From an uncultured Paludibacter sp. (GTDB lineage: Bacteria > Bacteroidota > Bacteroidia > Bacteroidales > Paludibacteraceae), in NCBI GenBank assembly GCA_964412435.1, contig CAYPPC010000003.1:7634-32409 (forward strand): a stretch of 24,776 bases of DNA. Direction: 5' to 3'. Of this stretch, positions 7,859 to 16,138 are shown piece by piece. The notes under the pieces are model-generated. The model was not told where the DNA came from. It searched no databases and was given only the letters and a program-made list of their open reading frames with translations. A program made the position numbers and the translations under genes. The first letter of the stretch is position 1, and each line of letters opens with the position of its first letter.

Positions 7859-8650
7859 CTATTCAGCAGAAATTCTTCTTTTCATCTCCTGAGCAATAAA
7901 TGAAGCGACATCGTCGGCATAAGAGTTCATCCCAAAACCTGCATCATAACCCAGTTCTTTGGCAAGTTCATGCGAAATTCTCGGACCTCCGCATATCAAA
8001 ATAAGCTTATCCCTCAAGCCTTCCGCCTCAAGCAACTCCACCAATTCAATCAGATTTTTTACGTGCACATCTTTTTGAGTAACGGTTTGAGAAATCAACA
8101 ATGCATCTGCTTTTAGTTCAATTGCTTTTTTGATAAACTCATCATTAGGCACCTGACTTCCCATATTTAAGACTTCAAACATTTCATATCTCTCCAGCCC
8201 AAACCTTCCGGCATAGCCTTTCATATTCATTATGGCGTCTATGCCAACGGTATGAGCATCGGTACCGGTGCTCGCTCCAATCACAACAACAGGGCGACCG
8301 ATCTCCTTTTTTATAAACTCATCGGTTTCCTGCATTGTCCATGTGGTACTCTCCACCTTAGGGACATGAATAGAAGAATAATCGACATGATGCGTAGTTG
8401 AACCATAGCAATTCATAAAAGTATAACCATCGGTAAGCTCCTGAGCAAAAACCACTTGCGGATTATCGAAACCCATTTTTCGCATCAACTCTTTCGCAGC
8501 CTCAAAAGCCTCATCATCATAAGGAACGGGTAAAGTAAAACTCATCTGCACCTTACCATCGTTTAAAGTATCCCCGTAAGGTTTGACTTTTTTCAAATCT
8601 AAGCTTTGACCTTGTGCTTTTATACTGTTATTATTTTGTTCGCTACTCAT
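7859..8650 (-). CDS. kamE: D-lysine/beta-lysine 5,6-aminomutase beta subunit (B12-binding)
   Basis: VKPYGDTLNDGKVQMSFTLP; B12 motif DAHTVG followed by the PLP lysine in MNMKGY; SQTVTQKD. Confidence 0.95.
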   Translation of the reverse strand: MSSEQNNNSIKAQGQSLDLKKVKPYGDTLNDGKVQMSFTLPVPYDDEAFEAAKELMRKMGFDNPQVVFAQELTDGYTFMNCYGSTTHHVDYSSIHVPKVESTTWTMQETDEFIKKEIGRPVVVIGASTGTDAHTVGIDAIMNMKGYAGRFGLERYEMFEVLNMGSQVPNDEFIKKAIELKADALLISQTVTQKDVHVKNLIELVELLEAEGLRDKLILICGGPRISHELAKELGYDAGFGMNSYADDVASFIAQEMKRRISAE

Positions 8651-8659
8651 ATCTCAGTT

Positions 8660-10207
8660 CTATTTTTTCATTAAATCAATAAAAGGATTCAAATAACCGC
8701 TGCCCTTAGCAACAACTCCTTCCAAACCTTTACCGCCGTCTTTGGCACGCTTCACATCTCCAAAAATCCCTTTTTCCAGTGCATTAAAGAGACCTTCTGA
8801 TTCTACCTTTTCTATCAGTTCGATAGCGTTATCAAGTACAGTCTGGGCGCGTTTTTGGATAATGCCATCTTTTTTAAACTCCACCTCTTCACCAATATCT
8901 CTCATATTGTTAGAAACGTATTTTGCATTCTCAATAGCAAGATATCTGTCAGACATAAAAGGGGTGTGAATCGCCTCTGTAAGCATTCCAAGCAGAAGGA
9001 TTCCCTGATTGGTCCACACTGCAATTTCATTAAAGAGCGTATTTTGGATATGACCTTTGAATACATTTCCGGTCATATATTTGGTTGGCGGCATATATTT
9101 CAAAGGTGCTTTCGGGAAAATCTCTCTAAGCATCTGAGCTTGCGCCAATTCATACAAAAAGCCGTTTTTAAGTTCGGGATCCATTTCAAAGGCATGCCCC
9201 AGGCCCATTTGCTCCTCCGGAATACCGGCGATTAAAGCTAATTGCTCATTGATAAAGTCCGATGCCAAAACGGTGTGAGCTTGTTCAAAAGCATCAGCAG
9301 TGGTTAAGTAATTATCTTCACCGGTGTTTATAATCACTCCTGCAAAGCCGTTGATAACGCGGGAAAAGAACTGATCCACCAAAGTGCGCTGCATATTGAT
9401 ATCTCTGAACAAAATTCCGTAGAGAGCATCATTTAGCATTACGTCTAAGCCTTCCAATGCACCCATTGCAGCAATTTCGGGCATGCAAAGCCCGGAACAA
9501 TAGTTACACAAACGAATATACCTGCCAAGCTCCTCTCCCACTTCGTCCAGTTCTTTACGCATAATTCTGAAGTTTTCCTGAGTGGCAAAAGTACCGCCAA
9601 AACCTTCGGTAGTAGCACCATAAGGCACATAATCAAGCAGGCTTTGTCCGGTAGTTCTGATTACAGCAATGATATCAGCACCCTGACGAGCAGCGGCTTT
9701 TGCCTGAATTACGTCTTCGTAAATATTTCCGGTAGCAACAATGGCATAGAGATAAGGACGCTGAGCATCGCCTTGTTTTGCAATAATATCTTCGCGCCGT
9801 TTGCGATTTTGCTTTACTCTTTCGATGGTAGCATCCATATAGGGTTTCAGGGCTTTCAGAATATCCTCATCCGAATGCTTTTTGATGCTGAGCATATCCA
9901 ATTTATCAACCGTTATTTTTTCAGCAATTTCCTGCGGAGTGCCATGATTTTCGATAATGGCATTTCCCAAAAATCTCACAACGCCATCGGCAAGCAAGCC
10001 CTGTTCATTCATCTGATGTACCATTACGTTGGGCAATGGTACATCATATTCATCCACTCCGTCAATACCAAGCAAGCGACAAAGCGTCCTCTCTACCGCA
10101 ACGGTTGTATAGTTTTCTACAAAGTTCTGCACATCGTCAGCAATGCCTTTTGCGGCAAGTCGCGCTTTGTTTACTTTGTTAAAATCTAATCCTAATTTAC
10201 TGGTCAT
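8660..10207 (-). CDS. kamD: D-lysine/beta-lysine 5,6-aminomutase alpha subunit
   Basis: TTVAVERTLCRLLGIDG, IVATGNIYED, IRTTGQSLLDYVPYG, NYCSGLCMPEIA, KYMPPTKYMTG. Confidence 0.95.
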   Translation of the reverse strand: MTSKLGLDFNKVNKARLAAKGIADDVQNFVENYTTVAVERTLCRLLGIDGVDEYDVPLPNVMVHQMNEQGLLADGVVRFLGNAIIENHGTPQEIAEKITVDKLDMLSIKKHSDEDILKALKPYMDATIERVKQNRKRREDIIAKQGDAQRPYLYAIVATGNIYEDVIQAKAAARQGADIIAVIRTTGQSLLDYVPYGATTEGFGGTFATQENFRIMRKELDEVGEELGRYIRLCNYCSGLCMPEIAAMGALEGLDVMLNDALYGILFRDINMQRTLVDQFFSRVINGFAGVIINTGEDNYLTTADAFEQAHTVLASDFINEQLALIAGIPEEQMGLGHAFEMDPELKNGFLYELAQAQMLREIFPKAPLKYMPPTKYMTGNVFKGHIQNTLFNEIAVWTNQGILLLGMLTEAIHTPFMSDRYLAIENAKYVSNNMRDIGEEVEFKKDGIIQKRAQTVLDNAIELIEKVESEGLFNALEKGIFGDVKRAKDGGKGLEGVVAKGSGYLNPFIDLMKK

Positions 10208-10219
10208 CTATTTTGCAAA

Positions 10220-11251
10220 TTAATTATCTTGAATTTGTTTTTCTATCTCTTGAAATATATCGAAAACAGGAATATTTATCGCTTTCTCTACCGCTGAGCG
10301 CAAGATTTCCGGATCGAAATTATATCCCTCCGGGGATGTTGGATTTGTGCAAACTGCCAGCAGTTTTGCTTTTTGCAGCACCTCTATGCTCCCACCCCTG
10401 CGTATAAATTTTTTGAAACTTGCCGGCTCAACAAATATTTTTGAAAAATCACGTACTATCAGCTTTATCTTTGAGTCGCTTTGCTCCGCCAATATATTTT
10501 TCATAAAGCTTTCGGTTAAAGCACCGTTTACAAAAACATATTCGTACTTAGCAAACATTTCCGGTGAAATCTCAAAATCTAAAAACAGAGATTCGGTGAT
10601 TTTTTCGTAAGCCTCTCCACCTTTACTCAGGCCCCAAACTCCCTCCTGAATAGCATCACAAACAGTTATAAGCTGATCTTCAACCTGTTTAAGATTGATA
10701 AGTTCAGTCTGATACTTTACCCTTTTTACAAGCTGATCTAAATTGATAGAACAAGCAGCACCGGTACATAAAACCATGGCATCGGTAATGGCAGGCGAAG
10801 CAAGGCTCATACGAGACAAAGCACCGTCAACCAGAACCACATCGATATTGAAATTGTGCAGCTCGTTAATGCAGGATTGCAACCACAAAGAGTCGGAAGG
10901 GCCTGATAAAATCACTTTTCCCTCACTTTCAACCTTTGCGGTAATCAATGGACCAAGGGCAGTGAGTTTATTGCTAACCAGCAGAACTTTTGCAGCCAGC
11001 TCCCTCTCTTCAAAGTGTTTTTCGGAAGTGATAAAGTAATTGCCTTTTCGTAAGTTTATACGGGGTTTAAGAGTGTGGTACAAAACATCCCTCTCTTCAC
11101 CATCAACACCAATTGAAGTTACAGCAAGCCTCTTATTTGCCTTATGCAAGTTATCTAAAACATAATTTAAGCATGTGGTTTTTCCGGTATTTTTAGCCAT
11201 ACCAACGATTGCCACACTTTTATGTTTCAATATGTTTTGTAAAAAAGGCAT
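10220..11251 (-). CDS. kamB: KamB-like P-loop protein (putative 5,6-aminomutase reactivase component), 343 aa
   Basis: GMAKNTGKTT Walker A, VTSIGVDGE, LVDGALSR, NPTSP; lies between kamA and kamD. Start moved to ATG 11251 (MPFLQN) because the track start at 11419 overlaps kamA. Confidence 0.75.
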   Translation of the reverse strand: MPFLQNILKHKSVAIVGMAKNTGKTTCLNYVLDNLHKANKRLAVTSIGVDGEERDVLYHTLKPRINLRKGNYFITSEKHFEERELAAKVLLVSNKLTALGPLITAKVESEGKVILSGPSDSLWLQSCINELHNFNIDVVLVDGALSRMSLASPAITDAMVLCTGAACSINLDQLVKRVKYQTELINLKQVEDQLITVCDAIQEGVWGLSKGGEAYEKITESLFLDFEISPEMFAKYEYVFVNGALTESFMKNILAEQSDSKIKLIVRDFSKIFVEPASFKKFIRRGGSIEVLQKAKLLAVCTNPTSPEGYNFDPEILRSAVEKAINIPVFDIFQEIEKQIQDN

Positions 11252-11302
11252 CAAACAGGTTGTTTTATAGTTCGCATTTATATTGAAAAAAGAGAGTGAA
11301 AT

Positions 11303-11336
11303 AGCATAAAAACAAGGGGGTAATTGTCCCCTTATT
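11303..11336 (-). terminator. Intrinsic terminator-like hairpin between kamA and kamB
   Basis: Minus-strand RNA AAUAAGGGG-ACAAUUAC-CCCCUUGUU followed by UUUAUGCUAUUU, about 20 nt after the kamA stop. Confidence 0.6.
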
Positions 11337-11357
11337 TTATGATTTATCCCAAGAGTT

Positions 11358-12602
11358 CTATTTTTTGCTTCTCTCTTTTCTTTCCAGCCCGGCCGGCTCA
11401 ATAGCCAGCTTCTCTCCATTTAATAGTGCAGCAACTCCTTGAGAACGATTAGCCTCGCAATCATGACAATGGCACTCAGGCTTATAGTCAAGCGGCTGAG
11501 TATAAGTAGCAATTACGCCTTCGAAGTTTCTGAGCACCACCTTTCCCGGACTTTGAGAAATCAGATACTGAGGCATTACCGGAATTTTTCCTCCACCACC
11601 CGGAGCATCAACTACATAAGTGGGAACGGCGTAACCCGAAATATGGCCACGTAAGTTTTCTATTATCTCAATACCTCTTGAAACAGAAGTGCGGAAATGC
11701 TCTATGCCTACCGACAAGTCGCATTGGTAAATATAGTAAGGACGAATACGGTTTTTAACTAAACCAAGCACCAGCTCTTTCATCACTTGCGGGCAATCAT
11801 TAACGCCACGCAGCAATACAGTCTGATTTCCGATAGGTACTCCGGCATTTATAAGTTTAGTACAAGCTTCTACCGACTCAGGTGTAATCTCATCCGGATG
11901 ATTAAAATGCGTATTAAGCCAAATAGGGTGATATTTTTTTAGCATATCAACTAATCCGTCGGTAACACGTTGCGGGCAAACCACCGGGATTCGAGTTCCG
12001 ATTCTGATAATTTCAACATGCGGAATTTCTCTCAATCTCTGAATTATAGACTCTAACATGGCGTCGCTAACCATCAGGGCATCACCACCTGACAAAAGCA
12101 CATCTCTCACTTCTGGAGTTCTGGCAATATAATCTATACCTTGTTGAATACGTTCAGAGGGAGACTGTCTGTCGGTTTGTCCGGCAAATCTTCGGCGTGT
12201 ACAATGGCGGCAATACATTGAACACATATCAGTAATTAAAAACAAAACTCTGTCCGGATAACGGTGAGTAAGTCCAGGTACCGGTGAGTCTTCATCTTCA
12301 CTCAATGGGTCTAATAAATCTGCGTCAGATTGAAAAGCCTCGGCTCCGGTCGGGATACCTTGTTTTCTGATCGGGCAGTTTTTATTCTCCAAATCCATCA
12401 ATGAAAGGTAATAAGGAGTTATAGCCATACGAAGTTGTTTCAAAGCTTCTTTAACTCCCTGCTCATCTTCAGTACTTAGATTTGCGTATTTTTCTAAATC
12501 CTCTAAAGTCTCAATTCTGTTTCTGACTTGCCACTTCCAGTCGTTCCATTGTTCATCGGCAACATCCGGAAACAGTGCTTTTCTGTTCGAATTTGTGTTC
12601 AT
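11358..12602 (-). CDS. kamA: L-lysine 2,3-aminomutase (radical SAM)
   Basis: WNDWKWQ, HRYPDRVL, CSMYCRHC, SGGD, NTHFNHP, DAPGGGGKIP; C-terminal CHCHDC. Confidence 0.97.
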   Translation of the reverse strand: MNTNSNRKALFPDVADEQWNDWKWQVRNRIETLEDLEKYANLSTEDEQGVKEALKQLRMAITPYYLSLMDLENKNCPIRKQGIPTGAEAFQSDADLLDPLSEDEDSPVPGLTHRYPDRVLFLITDMCSMYCRHCTRRRFAGQTDRQSPSERIQQGIDYIARTPEVRDVLLSGGDALMVSDAMLESIIQRLREIPHVEIIRIGTRIPVVCPQRVTDGLVDMLKKYHPIWLNTHFNHPDEITPESVEACTKLINAGVPIGNQTVLLRGVNDCPQVMKELVLGLVKNRIRPYYIYQCDLSVGIEHFRTSVSRGIEIIENLRGHISGYAVPTYVVDAPGGGGKIPVMPQYLISQSPGKVVLRNFEGVIATYTQPLDYKPECHCHDCEANRSQGVAALLNGEKLAIEPAGLERKERSKK

Positions 12603-12667
12603 GGTATTGAAATTTTATTTACTCAGCATTCATTAATGCTGAAAATCAAAGTATATTTAGATAAAAA

Positions 12668-13711
12668 TTAAGCGTATAACTCTTCGAAAACTCTCCTAAG
12701 TTTTTCACTTTCTCTAAGAATTTCGAGTGTAATTTCTGCATGACCTTTTGTGTAACCGTTTCCTACAACCATAGTCACCTCGCTGCCAACACCTTCGGCT
12801 CCAAGTGCAGCTTTGGTAAAGCTTGTGGCCATAGAGAAGAAATAGACCACACCACTATCTTTTGTACAAAGAATGCTGGCCATCTCAGTATCAGGGATAT
12901 TTACATTATTGATAGTAATGTCAGCCATTTCGCCATTGCTAAGTTCAGCTACTTTCTCCATTGTGGGAACAGGATGAGTTGCATTTGCCTGAAGCACATG
13001 ATCGCAAACATCCAGGTCTATCAGACGTTTCATGCTACTTTCACTGTACTCTATGCCAATAACTTTACCGGTAATGCCGGCACGTTTTTTAGCTTCGTAG
13101 CAGCATAACATACCTGATTTTCCACCGGCACCAATAATAACCACGGTATCGCCGGGTTTTACGAGTTTTGCGGTTTGAGCAGGTGCACCGGCAACATCAA
13201 GAGCTGAAAGAACGAGTTTTTCAGAAATATCGGCAGGTATTTTGGCATAAATACCGCTTTCAAAAAGAATGGCTTTTCCTTCGATATCAACCTGATCCAC
13301 CTCTTTACGAATCTCTTTGATCTTGTCGATACGAAGCGGAGTAAGCGACAAAGAGACCAGAGTGGCAATTTTATCTCCAACTTTCAGGTCAATCTTACCC
13401 TCCAGAGCAGAGCCAATCTTTTCGACTTTGCCTAAAAGCATTCCGCCTGAACCAGTAACCGGGTTGCGATGTTTTCCCTGTTTTTCAACAATATCAAACA
13501 TTATTTCCTTAATTCTCTCTTCGTCGTCACCGGCTTGCTCCTTAATTTGAGTAAAACTGGCAGAGTCAATATTAAGGGTAATCACATCTATTAATATCTC
13601 GTTGTCGTACAAGATACCCATATTGTTATCCAGTTTATCTGCCGGTTGCGGCAACACTCCCTGCGGTGCTAAGACCCGATGTGTTCCGTACCTGTTCCCT
13701 TTTTTTTGCAT
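12668..13711 (-). CDS. kdd: L-erythro-3,5-diaminohexanoate dehydrogenase
   Basis: KGNRYGTHRV, LNIDSASF, NPVTGSGGML, TLVSLSLTPL, LDVAGAPAQ, GAGGKSG, FFSMATSF. Confidence 0.93.
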   Translation of the reverse strand: MQKKGNRYGTHRVLAPQGVLPQPADKLDNNMGILYDNEILIDVITLNIDSASFTQIKEQAGDDEERIKEIMFDIVEKQGKHRNPVTGSGGMLLGKVEKIGSALEGKIDLKVGDKIATLVSLSLTPLRIDKIKEIRKEVDQVDIEGKAILFESGIYAKIPADISEKLVLSALDVAGAPAQTAKLVKPGDTVVIIGAGGKSGMLCCYEAKKRAGITGKVIGIEYSESSMKRLIDLDVCDHVLQANATHPVPTMEKVAELSNGEMADITINNVNIPDTEMASILCTKDSGVVYFFSMATSFTKAALGAEGVGSEVTMVVGNGYTKGHAEITLEILRESEKLRRVFEELYA

Positions 13712-13729
13712 ACGCTTTAATAATTAACT

Positions 13730-14554
13730 CTAAATCGGTTTAAGATCTAAAATTTCTCTTGCTTCGGCAGGAGTAGCAATTCCACGTCCTAATTCATTAG
13801 CTATACGAACTACTTTTTCAACCAGTTCGCCATTAGATTTAGCTAAAACTCCTCTTGAAAGATACAGGTTATCTTCAAATCCTACTCTAACATTCCCACC
13901 CATAGCAATTGCATGAACAGCCATAGGAAATTCGTGACGACCCACTCCTGTTACACACCAGGTTGAACCTTGCGGAATGGCATTTACCATCCAGGTAAGA
14001 TTGTTGATATTTGCACTGGCGCAACCCAATACGCCCAAAACAAAGTTGAAATGCAGCTGTCCGGCAGGCGCTTCACCTCTTTTTATCAAATGTAAGATAG
14101 AGTCCAAATGCCCCATTTCAAAGCACTCATACTCAGGCTTAATGTTGTTCTCCATCATACGCTTACCAAAATCTCTCATCATGGGCAAAGTGTTTTCAAA
14201 CACTTCATCCCCAAAATTGCAGGTACCGCAATCTAAGGTAGCCATCTCTAATGGCAGCTCGGTGGGTTGCAAGCGCTCTTCTGAAGTCATACCAACAGCT
14301 CCACCGGTAGATGGAATAAGAATTACATCAGGAATCACCTCTAAAATTGCATCAATAACCTCTTTATAACGCGCTTTGCTTTGTGTTGGCGTTCCGTCAT
14401 CTTCACGAACATGAATATGAATAATAGCAGCACCTGCTTCATAAGCAGATTTTGCTTCACGAACCATCTCTTCAACCGTATAAGGAACTGCCGGGTTCAT
14501 CTCTTTGGTAACCTCAGCTCCACAAATAGCCGCTGTGATAATTAGTTTTTCCAT
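13730..14554 (-). CDS. kce: 3-keto-5-aminohexanoate cleavage enzyme (BKACE/DUF849)
   Basis: KLIITAAICGAE, HIHVR, STGG, GTCNFG, KPEYECFE, VRVGFEDN. Confidence 0.93.
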   Translation of the reverse strand: MEKLIITAAICGAEVTKEMNPAVPYTVEEMVREAKSAYEAGAAIIHIHVREDDGTPTQSKARYKEVIDAILEVIPDVILIPSTGGAVGMTSEERLQPTELPLEMATLDCGTCNFGDEVFENTLPMMRDFGKRMMENNIKPEYECFEMGHLDSILHLIKRGEAPAGQLHFNFVLGVLGCASANINNLTWMVNAIPQGSTWCVTGVGRHEFPMAVHAIAMGGNVRVGFEDNLYLSRGVLAKSNGELVEKVVRIANELGRGIATPAEAREILDLKPI

Positions 14555-14571
14555 TTTATTGTGTTTTTAAT

Positions 14572-14973
14572 TTAGACTTCTTTGTTTTTTCTTTGATTTG
14601 CTTTTGGTACTACGCAAGTACCGCTCGCTTTACAAACAATAACTGGTTCTTCAAGAAAATCGGCAGCTGAAGAGCTGATATCCGGACGAGGTGCCACAAC
14701 TTTTTTAGCTACAAAACTCATTTTTCTCGAAGAGTTACCCTTTTCGGTAATTTCGCCATAAGCTTCAATAAAATCTCCGGCATAAACAGGGGCTGTAAAC
14801 TGAACATTATCGTAAGCAACGAACAGACCCTCATCGCCATCGCTCTTAATTAACAATTCGGTGGCAACGTCGCCAAAAAGCGCAAGCATTTTTGAGCCAT
14901 CTACTAAATTACCTCCGTAATGAGCATCTTTCGAACTCATTCTTAGCCGTATCATTGATGTAATTTTTCCCAT
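14572..14973 (-). CDS. kal: 3-aminobutyryl-CoA ammonia-lyase (hotdog fold)
   Basis: [48 protein letters not shown]. Confidence 0.93.
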   Translation of the reverse strand: MGKITSMIRLRMSSKDAHYGGNLVDGSKMLALFGDVATELLIKSDGDEGLFVAYDNVQFTAPVYAGDFIEAYGEITEKGNSSRKMSFVAKKVVAPRPDISSSAADFLEEPVIVCKASGTCVVPKANQRKNKEV

Positions 14974-15005
14974 AAGACAAAGTTTTTATAGTTCAACAAT
15001 AAGTT

Positions 15006-15653
15006 TTAATGCACAATATAATTTACAAAAATTGCCGGTGTGTGCACACACTCAGCTTCAATTTCGTCGATTTCAAGCAGGTTTTCAACTTCTGCAATAA
15101 CCAGATCAGCAGCCATCGCCATAAGCGGGTTAAAGTTTTGAGAAGTACCTCTATATTTTAAGTTTCCGATTTTATCACCCCAGGTAGCAGCAACTATGGC
15201 TATCTCAGCTCTTAAAGGAGCTTCAAGCAGATATTCCACCCCATCCACAGTAACTTTTTGCTTATTTTCTTCCACAACAGTGCCTATGCCGGTTTTGGTC
15301 AAAACGCCACCCAAGCCATTTCCGGCACAACGGATTTGCTCTGCCAAAGTACCTTGAGGAACAAATTGCACCTCAATTTCACTCTCATGCATTAATTGAC
15401 CGGTAACAGGATTTGTTCCGATATGGGAAGTGATAACTTTTTTAACCTGACGATTAACGATTAACTTGCCTAAACCCACTTCAGGAAAAGCGGTATCATT
15501 GCAAATGATAGTCAGGTTTTTCACATTTTTCTCCACCAGGAGATCTATAATTCTTTTAGGGTCTCCATTACCCAGAAACCCACCAATCATAATAGTAGCG
15601 CCATCCTTGATATGAGCTACAGCCTCTTCAATGGTTATAAGTTTGTTTTTCAT
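15006..15653 (-). CDS. atoD: Acetoacetate/butyrate CoA-transferase subunit A
   Basis: DGATIMIGGF, ICNDT, SHIGTNP, PQGTLAEQIRCAG, NFNPLMAMAAD. Confidence 0.93.
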   Translation of the reverse strand: MKNKLITIEEAVAHIKDGATIMIGGFLGNGDPKRIIDLLVEKNVKNLTIICNDTAFPEVGLGKLIVNRQVKKVITSHIGTNPVTGQLMHESEIEVQFVPQGTLAEQIRCAGNGLGGVLTKTGIGTVVEENKQKVTVDGVEYLLEAPLRAEIAIVAATWGDKIGNLKYRGTSQNFNPLMAMAADLVIAEVENLLEIDEIEAECVHTPAIFVNYIVH

Positions 15654-15757
15654 ACGAAGATATTTTGTGTTTACTTTAAGGTCAAATGGGAAACGCCATC
15701 CATCTTCATCGCTATGGTAAAGATTTTATTATTGATGGCTGTGTTCGTTCTATAAAA

Positions 15758-15789
15758 ACAGATTGCAAATATCTGTAACTATCTGTAAT
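15758..15789. promoter_or_regulatory. Candidate promoter/operator of the lysine operon: inverted repeat ACAGAT-N7-ATCTGT overlapping a tandem TATCTGTAA(C/T) repeat
   Basis: Repeats seen directly; the minus strand reads GATATTTGCA (near match to the Bacteroidetes -7 element TAnnTTTG) inside the inverted repeat. Confidence 0.4.
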
Positions 15790-15826
15790 TACCGCTATTA
15801 GTGCACTTTAATTTCTTTAGAACACT

Positions 15827-15834
15827 CAAAGATA
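15827..15834 (-). promoter_or_regulatory. Bacteroidetes -7 element (TATCTTTG) upstream of atoD
   Basis: Exact TAnnTTTG match 174 nt upstream of atoD; -33 element weak. Confidence 0.4.
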
Positions 15835-16138
15835 AAAATAAAACTAACTACTCAGACCTTGCGAATTGTTAATTATTTTATTAATAAATGTGAATAACCG
15901 ACACCCCTGACAGTTTATTATTAAAGCTCTTGATAACGAGATAAATTCACACTATTTCACACATAATTCTACACAGTTGAATGCAGGCTAATTCTTCTGT
16001 TTTTAGCCTTTTTAGAATAGTTAATGAATATCTCTGGAGAAAGATAAAACGTGGGAGAAATCCGGGCAAAAATTACCTGGACTACAAAGCATCGAAATGG
16101 AGTTACGGAAAAAATGACAAGCAAAGTGAATCAGTTAA

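Noticed and set aside
11252-11419. N-terminal 56 aa of the track ORF 10220..11419
   Set aside because: Overlaps the kamA 3' end and runs through a terminator-like hairpin; the P-loop domain begins right after Met57 (11251).
7135-15653. atoD and atoA separated by about 7 kb, bracketing the pathway genes
   Set aside because: Looks unusual, but as I recall the P. gingivalis lysine cluster has the same arrangement, so it is not novel.
15654-16138. Lysine or cobalamin riboswitch upstream of the lysine operon
   Set aside because: No recognisable conserved core of either riboswitch on the minus strand; an Infernal/Rfam scan would settle it.
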